DNA of 64,000 bases, from IMG/VR virus record IMGVR_UViG_3300037297_000216, one strand, 5' to 3'. The DNA comes from an uncultured virus (IMG/VR IMGVR_UViG_3300037297_000216) (Duplodnaviria > Heunggongvirae > Uroviricota > Caudoviricetes > Crassvirales). Below are positions 49,645-60,307 of the stretch, piece by piece. The position numbers and the translations under genes were made by a program. Position 1 is the stretch's first letter. Every line of letters starts with the position of its first letter. The notes beneath the pieces are model-generated. The model was not told the origin of the DNA. It searched no databases and saw nothing but the letters and a program-made list of their open reading frames with translations.

Positions 49645-50814
49645 ATGATGAAAACAAAATTTAAAGAAATTCCAAAACATATAGATAAAAAAGAAGGGTT
49701 ATGTTGTTTCAATAAAAATTTAGATAAATTGGACAAAGTATCTCTATTAAAAAATAATTTTGTGTTAGAAGAAAAGGATGATTATATAAATATATACTTT
49801 ACTAAAAAAAGTAATTTTAATATATTTAAAGATTATAAGAACTTTTACTATATGGATGGATTTAGCCCAAATTTGAACAAAGAACTCCATATAGGACATT
49901 TTTCTAATTTAATAATTGCAAAAGCTCTACAAAAATTAGGCATCGTAAAAAAGACTATTTCAATGCTTGGGGATACTTTAGAAGGAAATATCTCAAATAA
50001 AGAAGGTTTTAGATTATTCAAAAATATAATAAAAACTTTTAACTATAAAGTAAGCAGAATATTTTTTGCATCAAAACTGAAATATCAAGGAAAACTTGAA
50101 GAAGGTAAAGGTAAATATGAAGGTACTAAAATATTTGATACTAATGAAGAATTAATTGTCGCAATAAAAAAAGACGGTACAACTTCATATACTTATCATG
50201 ATATTGCTTTGGCAAAAAAACTAGTTAAGGACACATTGTATTTGACTGGATATGAACAAAAAGAACACTTTAATAAAATAAAAAAAGTATTTAAAAATGT
50301 ACATCATTTTCCTTTAGGGTTGGTAAAAATATCTAATTCAAAAATGTCAACGAGAGAAGGAAATATAATATTAATAAAAGATATTCTAGATGAACTTAAT
50401 AAAACTTTTAAAAATAATAAGTTAAGTTACAATGTTTTTGCAGGATATATTTTAAAGTCTTCTCCAAATACAGATAAAAACATAAATATAAAAAATATTT
50501 ATAATTATAAAAATTCCCCTGGTTTGTACTTAAGTTATACAACAGCAAGGTTATTAAGTGCGGGATGTAAAATACTTCCATTTAAGATAACAAATAATAA
50601 ATTATTAGAATATTATTTTATACTATCTAAAAATGAACTTAATCCTTCATTATTATTCAATAAATTAATAGACTGTTGTAAAACTTTAAATACATTATAT
50701 GAAACAATAAAAATAAAAGGTAATTTAAAAAATAAAATAAATATGTCCATCAAGCTAACAGAATTAAATTATTATATGAAAAAAATAGGTTTATACTTAA
50801 TTAAAAAGGTATAA
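49645..50814 (+). CDS. Shortened arginyl-tRNA synthetase-like protein
   Basis: FSPNLNKELHIGH, KDGTTSYTYHDIA, YLTGYEQKEHF, KMSTREGN, PGLYLSYTTAR. Confidence 0.8.
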   Translation: MMKTKFKEIPKHIDKKEGLCCFNKNLDKLDKVSLLKNNFVLEEKDDYINIYFTKKSNFNIFKDYKNFYYMDGFSPNLNKELHIGHFSNLIIAKALQKLGIVKKTISMLGDTLEGNISNKEGFRLFKNIIKTFNYKVSRIFFASKLKYQGKLEEGKGKYEGTKIFDTNEELIVAIKKDGTTSYTYHDIALAKKLVKDTLYLTGYEQKEHFNKIKKVFKNVHHFPLGLVKISNSKMSTREGNIILIKDILDELNKTFKNNKLSYNVFAGYILKSSPNTDKNINIKNIYNYKNSPGLYLSYTTARLLSAGCKILPFKITNNKLLEYYFILSKNELNPSLLFNKLIDCCKTLNTLYETIKIKGNLKNKINMSIKLTELNYYMKKIGLYLIKKV

Positions 50815-50836
50815 ACCTTTAATATTATTTAGAACA

Positions 50837-51430
50837 ATGATATTAGAATTAGATTTACATTTACTTTATAAATCTGGTCTTAGTCCTAACCAATTCATAT
50901 TTTGTGACTTATTAAGAGAAGGTCACTATCTAATACTTCAAAAATTAATAAAAACGACAGGTTTTGTAAATAAAGAAAGTATAACAGATTTATTAAGTAA
51001 AAAATATGTAATTTCTAATGAATATTTTAATTTAAATGATTTTAATTCTACAATAAGATTTTTAAGCATAACAGATAAATTCAAAAGTATATTACCAGTA
51101 AAGAATAATGACCCGTTTCAAGATATATTAAACCTATACCCAACAAAAACATTAAGACCAGACGGTAATACTGATTATTTAAAAACAGGTATAAAAAAAT
51201 GTAATACAAAATATAACAACATAATAAAAAGAAATCCATCAAAGCATGAGTTAATTGTAGAAGCTTTAAAATATGAGTTAAATATTCGTAAGAAAGAAAA
51301 CACGTTAAAATTTATGAAACGTCTTCCTAAATGGATTAGTGATGAAGAATGGGAAGTATTCATCCAAAGAATGGAAGATGATAATGGTAATAATAAAGTA
51401 AATAATAATTATGGAGGAAACCTCTTATAA
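50837..51430 (+). CDS. Replication protein upstream of helicase (initiator/loader-like)
   Basis: N-terminal wHTH-like part, F..ILNLYP, C-terminal KFMKRLPKWI..EEW; overlaps dnaB. Confidence 0.5.
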   Translation: MILELDLHLLYKSGLSPNQFIFCDLLREGHYLILQKLIKTTGFVNKESITDLLSKKYVISNEYFNLNDFNSTIRFLSITDKFKSILPVKNNDPFQDILNLYPTKTLRPDGNTDYLKTGIKKCNTKYNNIIKRNPSKHELIVEALKYELNIRKKENTLKFMKRLPKWISDEEWEVFIQRMEDDNGNNKVNNNYGGNLL

Positions 51431-52406
51431 CAATATTTTACATTATAAACATATAGAACATTCAACTAACGAAATACTTAGTTATATCAAAAATAGAAAA
51501 GAAAAAACAATCAAATCACTAAAAACTCGTTGGGAAAAATTTAATAACCAGTGTATGGGGGGAGTAGAACCCAATACTATTTACACTATAGCCGGTATAA
51601 GCGGTAGTGGAAAAAGTTCATTTGTAAATTCCCTCGAAACAGATTTATTTGATTTAAATCCTGATGTTGATTTTGTAGTTTTATCATTTAACTGGGAAAT
51701 GTTATCATCACGTCAAATAGGTAGAAAATTATCATATAGAATGAACAGGACTACTAGTGATTTATATAGTAGTAAGAATTCATTAAATGATGAAGAATAT
51801 AGAAAAGCACAAACTATAGCAGAAGAAATAAAACAAATACCTATTTATTACGTAGATACACCAGGTAGTGTTGAAAATGTAAGAAATACTATAATTCATT
51901 TTTCTAATAACGAAGGTAAAGGAAAGTGGATAGTAATAATATTAGACCATACCTTATTAACACGTGGAAGACTAGGTGAGTCAGAAAGAGAAACATTATC
52001 AAGACTTCAATATATGTTCATGGAAATGAAAAAATATAATCAAAACACTATAATTCAATTAAGTCAAATGAACAGAGATATTGAATCTACAGAAAGAATT
52101 GCAAACAGTTATATGCATTTTCCTATGCGGAAAGACCTGTTTGGGGGCGACTCAGTCATGCAAGCAAGTGATTATGTAGTAGTAATGCACAGGCCAGAGA
52201 TGTTAAATATACAAGATAATGAATATGGTCCTAAAAATTGGCCTGTTAAAAACTTAATATACCTACATTTTTTAAAAAACCGAGAAGGAGAATTAGGTAT
52301 AATAGTATTTGAAAACAATCTCAAATACAATAGAATTGATGAAACTTCTTTAGACAATAGGAAAACTTATGAAGAAGATTTTAGTCCAATTAATTACAAT
52401 TATTAA
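51411..52406 (+). CDS. dnaB: DnaB-like (SF4) replicative helicase
   Basis: AGISGSGKS, FNWEM, IILDH, LSQMNR, DLFGGDSVMQASD, KNREG. Confidence 0.9.
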   Translation: MEETSYNNILHYKHIEHSTNEILSYIKNRKEKTIKSLKTRWEKFNNQCMGGVEPNTIYTIAGISGSGKSSFVNSLETDLFDLNPDVDFVVLSFNWEMLSSRQIGRKLSYRMNRTTSDLYSSKNSLNDEEYRKAQTIAEEIKQIPIYYVDTPGSVENVRNTIIHFSNNEGKGKWIVIILDHTLLTRGRLGESERETLSRLQYMFMEMKKYNQNTIIQLSQMNRDIESTERIANSYMHFPMRKDLFGGDSVMQASDYVVVMHRPEMLNIQDNEYGPKNWPVKNLIYLHFLKNREGELGIIVFENNLKYNRIDETSLDNRKTYEEDFSPINYNY

Positions 52407-52428
52407 TTAAAATTAAAACAAAAATAAT

Positions 52429-53506
52429 ATGATTTATAACAGAATTAGTGTTCCAGAAACAAAAGATCCTTGGAATATAAATAGAGTAAATGATGCTTAT
52501 AACTATAAAGAAGATTTTTCATTACTCTCTTTATTAGGGATACTTGGAGGAATATGTCGTCCTCCTAAGAAAAAGAATTTACGTAATAAAGAAAACGGTT
52601 GCTTTTCAGTAATAATTTCTGATGTACTATATTTAAGTTCTTTATTAGAATTAGCTTCTTTTAATGGTTTAACAATACGAGGAGATGGTACAGCAAAAAG
52701 TAAAAAAAATTTAAATATTAACGAGGGGGATATAATAACCTTCGGGAACTCAAAAAGTTTTGACGTTGATTTCATATCTGACCCAGAATATGTAAGAAAA
52801 AACAAACTTATTCCTATTTATGATATTGTAGATGATTATGATACTATTTGGGAAGCTATAAAGGATATGAAAAAAGAGAAAAAAAGTCTTAGTGAAAAAG
52901 CTGGTTGTCCAGAAGAACCTTTGTACCGTCATCTTAAAGGAGTTAGTTCTAAAAAAAGTGAAACTATCAATTCCAAAAAAAAGATATCTGTATCAACTAA
53001 TTGGATGGTAATTGATGGTCAACTGTATCCAAAATATTATAACGATAATGTTATAATTATTAGGTAATATGTCATCTGACTTAACAATATTTAATAAAAA
53101 AAGAAGAGTAGGAGAAAAATATTGCTACTCTCTTTTTTTTACTTTAAATGATTTTTTAAAATTTACAAAAGTATTAAGTAAAAAAACTAGATATCGAAGT
53201 GTTAAACACAATTTAAAACTATTATTAAATAATATAAAATTAAATATGAAAAAATTAGAAGAAATTTACAAAGAAAGTGGTTTAAAAGATGAAATTTTAA
53301 AGGAATCTTTAGAGCAGGCAAAATGTAATTTAGAAACTGAAATAGAAAACTGTAAAGAATTAATAGCAAAAGCAAAATTAAGTATATTGCAAATACTAGA
53401 AGATACTCCGTTTGATTCATCTAGTTTATTAGATGATTTTGAAGAACAAAAAGTTGAAGAAAAAAAATTAGAATTATTATTAGAAATTAAAAAACAATTA
53501 TTTTAA
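52429..53506 (+). CDS. Two hypothetical proteins (52429..53067; 53246..53506) separated by a terminator hairpin (about 53103-53140)
   Basis: ORF track; agagtag/ctactct stem plus T-run argues for start at 53246. Confidence 0.55.
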
Positions 53507-53513
53507 ATAATAC

Positions 53514-54215
53514 ATGGCAAGAAAAATACTTACATTGGGACCTTCCGGTTCAGGTAAGTCCACAGCCATAGAAAATTTAGACCCAAAAGAGACATTCATA
53601 ATATTACCAGACAGTAAAGGGCTACCTTTTAAAGGATGGAAATCTAAATATACAACTGTTTTCAAGGAAGATGGTAAATTAGATATACAAAAGTCTAATC
53701 TATATGAAACTAAAGATCCTCCAACTATATTAGCTTTGTTAAAAGCAATATCTGCACAAAGATCAGATATAAAAGTTATAATAATTGATACCATTACTAT
53801 GATGATGGACCATAGTTATATGAATAGAGCTAAAGAAAAAGGATTCGATAAATATACAGATTTAGCATTAGAGGTTTACAATATACTTGCATCATTAGAT
53901 AATTTAAGACAAGACTTGACCTGTATAATTATAGGTCACGTGCAAAATGACTATGATGCGGTAGGTGAAAAAAGAACAAGTTTTAAAGTAATAGGAGGTA
54001 AATTAATTGGCGAAAAAATAGAAGTAGAAGGAATGTTTAATGAAGTTTTTTATTCAGAAGTTGTAATGGAAGACGGCAAACCTAACTATTATTTTAGAAC
54101 TCAAAGTAATGGAAAAGATACTTGCAAATCTAGTAGAGGATTGTTCGATGAACTCTACATACCAAATGATTTCAAATTTATTTTAGACAGAATAAAAGAA
54201 TTCGAACAAAATTAA
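53514..54215 (+). CDS. AAA-family ATPase (Sak4/AAA_24-like)
   Basis: GPSGSGKST, IIIDT, GH, GK, EGMF, CKS..GLF...IPND. Confidence 0.85.
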   Translation: MARKILTLGPSGSGKSTAIENLDPKETFIILPDSKGLPFKGWKSKYTTVFKEDGKLDIQKSNLYETKDPPTILALLKAISAQRSDIKVIIIDTITMMMDHSYMNRAKEKGFDKYTDLALEVYNILASLDNLRQDLTCIIIGHVQNDYDAVGEKRTSFKVIGGKLIGEKIEVEGMFNEVFYSEVVMEDGKPNYYFRTQSNGKDTCKSSRGLFDELYIPNDFKFILDRIKEFEQN

Positions 54216-54254
54216 ACAAATAAGTTAAGTGTAATAATTTAAAACAAAAATAAT

Positions 54255-54875
54255 ATGTCAACTTTATATAATACAGCAATAGTAGACAATGATAACAGAG
54301 ACAAACCTACTTTCGTAGACGTAGGAATTCATGATAACATCAAATTAGTAAATGTTAGAAGTGAAATTAGTAAAAATAATAATCCTTTTTTATCATTTGA
54401 TTTTGAAAATGAAAAAGGGGATAGATTGTTTAAAACGTTATGGGAAGTAAAATCTAAGAAACCTTTACAAGAAATGACTGAACAAGAAAAATCAAATTTT
54501 GAATACAGAATAAAATGTCAAATAGGACTTGTAAAGCAAATAATCGAAACCTTTGTCCCTAAAGGTTCGTATAAGGAAGCAGAAGTTAATTCTTTTAAAG
54601 AGTTTGCCGACTGGGTAGTTTCTACTCTAGGAAATTCTTATAAAGAACAAAAAATTAGAGTAAAAGTAGTATATGATAACAGAAACTTTGCTACTTTACC
54701 TGATAATATTAACAGCACATTTATTGAAAATATGTGTCCAAAAGAAGAATCTAAAATAAGACTTTTACCTACTGATAAGATGGAACGAGTTTTACCAGAT
54801 AAAGAACCTTACAGGCAAAACTCATTAACTTCTTCTACAGTTGAAGATAAAAGCAATAATGATTTGCTTTTTTAA
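54255..54875 (+). CDS. Probable single-stranded DNA-binding protein
   Basis: Between AAA ATPase and primase; acidic/hydrophobic C-terminal tip NDLLF. Confidence 0.55.
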   Translation: MSTLYNTAIVDNDNRDKPTFVDVGIHDNIKLVNVRSEISKNNNPFLSFDFENEKGDRLFKTLWEVKSKKPLQEMTEQEKSNFEYRIKCQIGLVKQIIETFVPKGSYKEAEVNSFKEFADWVVSTLGNSYKEQKIRVKVVYDNRNFATLPDNINSTFIENMCPKEESKIRLLPTDKMERVLPDKEPYRQNSLTSSTVEDKSNNDLLF

Positions 54876-54898
54876 TTTGTTAATTTGTAATTATTTTG

Positions 54899-54927
54899 TG
54901 AAGGGAATATAATGTTCCCTTCATTTT
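54899..54927 (+). terminator. Intrinsic terminator
   Basis: tgaagggaat/gttcccttca stem plus T-run. Confidence 0.55.
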
Positions 54928-54938
54928 AAATATTTAGA

Positions 54939-55919
54939 ATGAATTACTATAAATTTGATCTTTTATATAATTCTAAAGCATTAACCACTGAATATGTAAT
55001 TAACAGATATGGAGAATATAACATATATTCTTATTATTTAGGTTATAATTTTGATATAAATACAGTATTTAATAGCCCTTTTAGAGAAGATAACAATCCT
55101 TCATTTGGAATATTTAAAAGTAAAAATGGTAGATTATTATTCAAAGATTTGGCTACAGGAGAAGGAGGTACTATCTTAGACTTTGTTAAAATAATATACC
55201 CGGAATTACAAAGAAGAAAAAGTATTTTATTACAAATACATATGGATTTATCAACTAATAGAAAACAATTTATTTTTAAACCTGAAAACGGTATAAAAGA
55301 AAAAACAAAAAGTATAATAGGAATCAATAGAAACAGTTTTAGTAAGGAAGATTTAGAATATTGGTCAAAATATAATATTACTGAAGAAATATTGAGTAAA
55401 TTTGAAGTTTATAAAGCTGAAAGGGTATATTTAGATGATAAAATAATATGGATATATGATAATAATAACCCTATTTATGCTTATAAAATTTATAATCATT
55501 TTAAAATATACCGACCATTTGCAGATAAAAAACATAAATGGTTAGGTAATTGTGATAGACATGATATATTTGGTTATTACCAATTACCTGAACAAGGGGA
55601 TTTAGTAATCATAACAAAAAGTGCAAAAGATGTAATGTGTTTATACTCCTTAGGTTATAATGCAATATCACCAGCAAGCGAAACATGTGCTATACCTGTA
55701 AAAGCAATAAAAGATTTAAAACAAAGATTTAAAATAATATTGGTATTCTTTGATAATGATGAACCTGGTATAAAAGCAGCAGAAAGGTTAGAAATAAAAT
55801 ACGATTTAAATTATTTTTATATACCTAAAGAAACATTAATCAAAGATATTACTGATTACTGTGACCAAAAAGGTACAGAAAAAACTAAAGAATTATTAAA
55901 AAGATTAATTAGTGTCTAA
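54939..55919 (+). CDS. dnaG: DNA primase (Toprim)
   Basis: SPFREDNNPSF, FKD, KIYRP, ITKSAKDVM, FDNDEPG, KDITD. Confidence 0.88.
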   Translation: MNYYKFDLLYNSKALTTEYVINRYGEYNIYSYYLGYNFDINTVFNSPFREDNNPSFGIFKSKNGRLLFKDLATGEGGTILDFVKIIYPELQRRKSILLQIHMDLSTNRKQFIFKPENGIKEKTKSIIGINRNSFSKEDLEYWSKYNITEEILSKFEVYKAERVYLDDKIIWIYDNNNPIYAYKIYNHFKIYRPFADKKHKWLGNCDRHDIFGYYQLPEQGDLVIITKSAKDVMCLYSLGYNAISPASETCAIPVKAIKDLKQRFKIILVFFDNDEPGIKAAERLEIKYDLNYFYIPKETLIKDITDYCDQKGTEKTKELLKRLISV

Positions 55920-56340
55920 AAAGTCTACAAATAAAAAAATAAAAAATGCTACCCCTGTAAATTGTGATGGTATACATTTTAAAAGTAGACTTGAAAAATA
56001 TTGTTATAAAAAATTAAAAGAAAATAAAATCAAAGCAGAATACGAAAAACATACATATACTTTAGTAGAAGGTTTTGAATTTGATGGTAAGAAAATAAGA
56101 CCAATGACATATACACCTGACTTTGTTGGTAAAAACTTTGTAATAGAATGTAAAGGACAGCAAAATGATGCATTCCCATTAAGGTGGAAATTATTTAAAC
56201 TATATTTACACAATAAAAAAAAGAATGTCAAACTATATTTACCTAGGAATTTAAAACAAGTGGATGAAGTAATTGAAATGATAAAAAATGAATGCGTTAA
56301 AAAAAAGATGGAAGGGTATAAGAGTTACCCTGTTAAATAA
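55912..56340 (+). CDS. PD-(D/E)xK endonuclease (DUF1064/endonuclease I-like)
   Basis: DGIHFKSRLE, YTPDF, IECKG. Confidence 0.8.
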   Translation: MSKKSTNKKIKNATPVNCDGIHFKSRLEKYCYKKLKENKIKAEYEKHTYTLVEGFEFDGKKIRPMTYTPDFVGKNFVIECKGQQNDAFPLRWKLFKLYLHNKKKNVKLYLPRNLKQVDEVIEMIKNECVKKKMEGYKSYPVK

Positions 56341-57304
56341 AATTAAATGCCCAAAACTTTTTAAAGCTTGTATTGACGGTGAGTTTGAAGAAGATTATCC
56401 TTGGTTATCTATAGGTACAAAACTACATATGTACTTATTAGAACCAGAAAAATTTAAAGAAAATTATACTTATTTAGAATTTGAGACTCCTTCTAGTTTA
56501 AAACAAAAAGAATTTTGTGAAAAATTAGTTGAATCAAAAAAAACAAATTCTATAATAGATGAAAAATATACTACTTTAGCTCCTAAGATATATTCAAAAA
56601 TATATACAGTAAAAGGCAAATCTGAAGAAAAAATTAAAGAAGAAGCCTTAAAATTACTAAAATCATTACAAAAATATATTGAATATCTTACCAAAAGAAA
56701 AGAATATAAAGATATACTTAATTACTCCACACTTGATTTTCTTAGAAAAGCTAAGCTAGAAGTAGGTAAACATATAAAAGCAAATGAATTAATATTAAAT
56801 TTTAAAAACAACACTGAACATAAATCTGAATTAAATATATTATGGGAACATCCTTTTATAGAGTTAGATGGAGAAAAAGTAGTAATTAGTTCAACTGTTG
56901 ATAGGTTTATAATAGACCATGAGAATAAAGAAATTATACTTATCGATATAAAAACAACTAGCGACTTAAGTAACTTTGAAGAAAGTTTTATTAAATATAA
57001 CTATGCCAGACAAATGTGTGCTTATTGGCTAGCACTAGCGTACTACATGAATCAGGATGAAAAACTTAAGAAAATACTACAAGAATATAATAATAAAACA
57101 TATATTGTAGCAATACAAACACAATCAAATAATAATCAAACGCCGATTGAATGTAAGGTATTTCCAGTTTCGGAGGCAACATTAGCGGAAGGATATAGTA
57201 GTTTAACAGAAGCTTTAAATGAAGTAGTATGGCATTTTGAAAATGATAAATGGGATCATACTAGGCAGTATTATGAAAATAATGGATTAGAAAAAACATT
57301 ATAA
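56288..57304 (+). CDS. PD-(D/E)xK exonuclease (RecE/exonuclease VIII-like)
   Basis: IGTKLHMYLLEP, SEL, VDR, IDIKT, YARQMCAY. Confidence 0.8.
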   Translation: MNALKKRWKGIRVTLLNKIKCPKLFKACIDGEFEEDYPWLSIGTKLHMYLLEPEKFKENYTYLEFETPSSLKQKEFCEKLVESKKTNSIIDEKYTTLAPKIYSKIYTVKGKSEEKIKEEALKLLKSLQKYIEYLTKRKEYKDILNYSTLDFLRKAKLEVGKHIKANELILNFKNNTEHKSELNILWEHPFIELDGEKVVISSTVDRFIIDHENKEIILIDIKTTSDLSNFEESFIKYNYARQMCAYWLALAYYMNQDEKLKKILQEYNNKTYIVAIQTQSNNNQTPIECKVFPVSEATLAEGYSSLTEALNEVVWHFENDKWDHTRQYYENNGLEKTL

Positions 57305-57315
57305 TACAAAATTTT

Positions 57316-57954
57316 ATGAAATTTAAAACATGGAATAATATAGATTTAAAAGGAAAGTGGTTATTTACTTACAAAATTGACGGAGTAAGTTGTATTAATA
57401 ACAATGGAAAAATGATGTCAAAAGATAACAAACCTTTATATAATATTCCAAATTTTCAAGGTGAAAGAGCAGAAATTTATTGCGGATCATTTAAAGAAAC
57501 TATTAAAATTGTACGGTCATACAACAATAGACAAATAAAATCAAACGAAATTTATGTACTAGAACCAAAAATAGATCCTAGATTAATAATAAAAGAAATC
57601 ATAGATCCTGTAAAAGAAACAATAAAAATAGAACTAGACAAAGCTAATTATGAAGGATATGAAGGTTTAGTACTATGGTCCGAAGATAAAAAAACCTTAT
57701 ATAAAGTTAAAAAAATAAAATCAGAGGATGTTAGAATCTTAAATATAATTGAAGGAAAAGGAAAAAATAAAGGCAAACTAGGCGCATTCATGACAAAAAA
57801 AGGAAATGTGGGAGTTGGTTTTACTGACGAAGAACGTCAAAAATACTTTTCTAAAAACCTAATTAATTCTTACATTGAAGTAAAATATATGGAATTAACA
57901 GAAAAAGGAAAATTTAGACATCCAAGATTTTATAGATTAAGAGAAGATAAATAA
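57316..57954 (+). CDS. Minimal ATP-dependent DNA ligase
   Basis: YKIDG motif I, EGLVL, YKVK, OB domain GVGFTDEER, RHPRF..LREDK. Confidence 0.85.
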   Translation: MKFKTWNNIDLKGKWLFTYKIDGVSCINNNGKMMSKDNKPLYNIPNFQGERAEIYCGSFKETIKIVRSYNNRQIKSNEIYVLEPKIDPRLIIKEIIDPVKETIKIELDKANYEGYEGLVLWSEDKKTLYKVKKIKSEDVRILNIIEGKGKNKGKLGAFMTKKGNVGVGFTDEERQKYFSKNLINSYIEVKYMELTEKGKFRHPRFYRLREDK

Positions 57955-57962
57955 ATATTTAT

Positions 57963-58487
57963 ATGAATCAGACTGAGAAATTTATTTTACCAATGATATC
58001 CACTGCGGATATGAAAAATAAGTTCTTTATCAATAAATACTTTATAGGGTGTTATATAGGTGATACAAATAACAACAGATTTCAAGATAAAATAATGATA
58101 GCTTACAAATTCGAACCATCAATACCTTTTATAGAATTTGAAAAAGAACTATCTAAAAATCCATATATAAGATATGGTGAAGAGTATGATTATGATGAAA
58201 AGAATGTAGTCATATATGTGTTTAATGTACCAAAAGAACATATGGAAGATTATTATTTAATATTAGATGGTAAGTATTCAGAAATAAGTAATATTTTAAA
58301 ATTAAAAATACTGAAATTTTGGGGAGAAAATGAAATCTCTTTATTGTATTCAATATTATTCAAAACAGAGAAAATAAAAGAATTTTGGGAAAAGACTGAT
58401 AAAAATTACAAAATATTTTGTGCAGACGAAGAGTACTGGTATTTGCCAAAGTTAGATAATGAAATATTTAATATAAAAGATATTTAA
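57963..58487 (+). CDS. Hypothetical protein
   Basis: 174 aa ORF; DGKYSEIS segment. Confidence 0.6.
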   Translation: MNQTEKFILPMISTADMKNKFFINKYFIGCYIGDTNNNRFQDKIMIAYKFEPSIPFIEFEKELSKNPYIRYGEEYDYDEKNVVIYVFNVPKEHMEDYYLILDGKYSEISNILKLKILKFWGENEISLLYSILFKTEKIKEFWEKTDKNYKIFCADEEYWYLPKLDNEIFNIKDI

Positions 58488-59039
58488 ATGAAACAACTAC
58501 AAGAAACAGTATTACAGTGTACCAAATGTAATCTAAGGAACACATGCAATCAAGTTGTATTCGGAGATAGCAATCCCAAAGCTAAAATAATGATTATAGG
58601 AGAAGCTCCTGGTGCTGAAGAAGACAGATTAGGGAAACCCTTTGTAGGACGATCTGGACAACTATTAAATAAAATTTTAGAAGCATGTAATCTTGACAGA
58701 AACAAAGATGTGTTTATAAGTAATATTGTAAAATGTAGACCTCCTAATAATAGAATACCCACAATAGAAGAAATTAATACATGTTTACCATGGTTAAAAA
58801 AACAGATAGAAATAATAAACCCTTCAATTATTCTTTTATTGGGAGCAACTGCTTTAAAGGTTGTATTAGGAGAAAAATATAAAATAACAAAAGATCACGG
58901 AAAGTGGTTCAAATGGGAAGGAATAAATGTAATACCTACATATCACCCTTCAGCATTATTAAGAAATCCCTCTTTAAAACAAAGTGCTTGGGAAGATTTC
59001 CAAAAGATAGTAAAAAAAGTTCAAGAAATTCATCATTAA
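58488..59039 (+). CDS. udg: Uracil-DNA glycosylase family 4 (Fe-S)
   Basis: CTKCNL, GEAPG, PFVGRSG, NIVKCRPP.NR.P, TYHPS. Confidence 0.93.
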   Translation: MKQLQETVLQCTKCNLRNTCNQVVFGDSNPKAKIMIIGEAPGAEEDRLGKPFVGRSGQLLNKILEACNLDRNKDVFISNIVKCRPPNNRIPTIEEINTCLPWLKKQIEIINPSIILLLGATALKVVLGEKYKITKDHGKWFKWEGINVIPTYHPSALLRNPSLKQSAWEDFQKIVKKVQEIHH

Positions 59040-59195
59040 AATAAGTCATACAAAACTCGATAAGTTCAGCTGTAGCAAGATGGAACCTCTACAAGTATGT
59101 GAAGCCAGGAATGGATTGTGAAGGGAAAAAAGGTTTGTAGTACCATCAGATTAAAAGGAAGTCTTGAGCAGAAACCTTGCGTATGATTTATTTTA
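59037..59195 (+). ncRNA. Long irregular hairpin with central bubble (6S-RNA-like architecture)
   Basis: 15-bp closing stem; gttcag/ttgagc; bubble; gatgg/ccatc; ctacaag/tttgtag; followed by terminator-like hairpin 59218-59243. Confidence 0.4.
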
Positions 59196-59274
59196 AGATA
59201 TAAAAGAATATAAGAACAAAAGGGTCATTAATTTGACCCTTTATTATTTTAATAACAAACTTAAAACAAACAAT

Positions 59275-60277
59275 ATGAATTTAAAACAATTAAAAGTCAG
59301 TAAACAAAAATTTGAATTTTTAACTAGTGTACTAGAATATGCTAAAAAAGAATATGAAGATATTTTAAATGAATTAGATACAAACAATCTTCAAGAAATA
59401 GTACTAGAAATTATAAATAAGCATAGAGTTGATAATAATTTACTTATTATTAACATGGATTCAGACGGAAATAATTATATAAGTGAATTATACGCAAGAG
59501 ATATTAATTTTAGAAAGTATGAAAATGTAGAAGATTTTGAAAAAAAGTGGTATTTTAAAGGATTTCCCTGGTCTCCTGTAAAAACCTTGGATGATCTTTA
59601 TTATGTCAATAACTATGATCTTTATTACAAATATTTAAATGATAAAAAAGAAGAAGAAAAACAAAAAAGTATTAAAAAAATTGATGAGCAAATAAATAAA
59701 AGAAATGAACTGCTTGAAAAAACTAAGAAATTTGGATTAGAATTACCTGATGAAAATTTAATTAAACAATTAGAACTTATTGAAAAGATAAAATCTAATG
59801 ATACTTCATTAGAGGATTCTTTAAAAGCTTTTAAATTATTAACTGAAAAAACTTACCCATCACTTGAAGATGATTATTAGTAAATTTTTAATGAATTTAA
59901 TTTAAAGCTATTTTTAAGCCTTCTACCGCACTTATCGATAAAATGAATATATATTATTACTTTAACATAGATCGTGCGTTAGAGGGCTTCTATTGAAGTC
60001 ATTTTTAAAAATTTATAAAATTTTAACTATGATTCATACTTTACCTACAAAAAGATATAATAATGCTTATTTAAAATTTAAAAGACATTTAAACGGTATA
60101 AAAATAATTAATATTGAGACTAACCAGAAATTAGTTGTTACCCCTAGGGAACATCTTCATATAAAAACTAAATATCCAATAGACGAAAACATTATGTATA
60201 ATTTAATATTTGATACTTTTAAAATGGATTATTCTTTAGTTGAAAATATTGAATTAATATTTGACGGAAATATATAA
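59275..60277 (+). CDS. Two hypothetical proteins (59275..59880; 60029..60277)
   Basis: ORF track with starts moved to ATG. Confidence 0.5.
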
Positions 60278-60307
60278 TTTCCATTTGTTTTGAAAATTAA
60301 GTAAATA

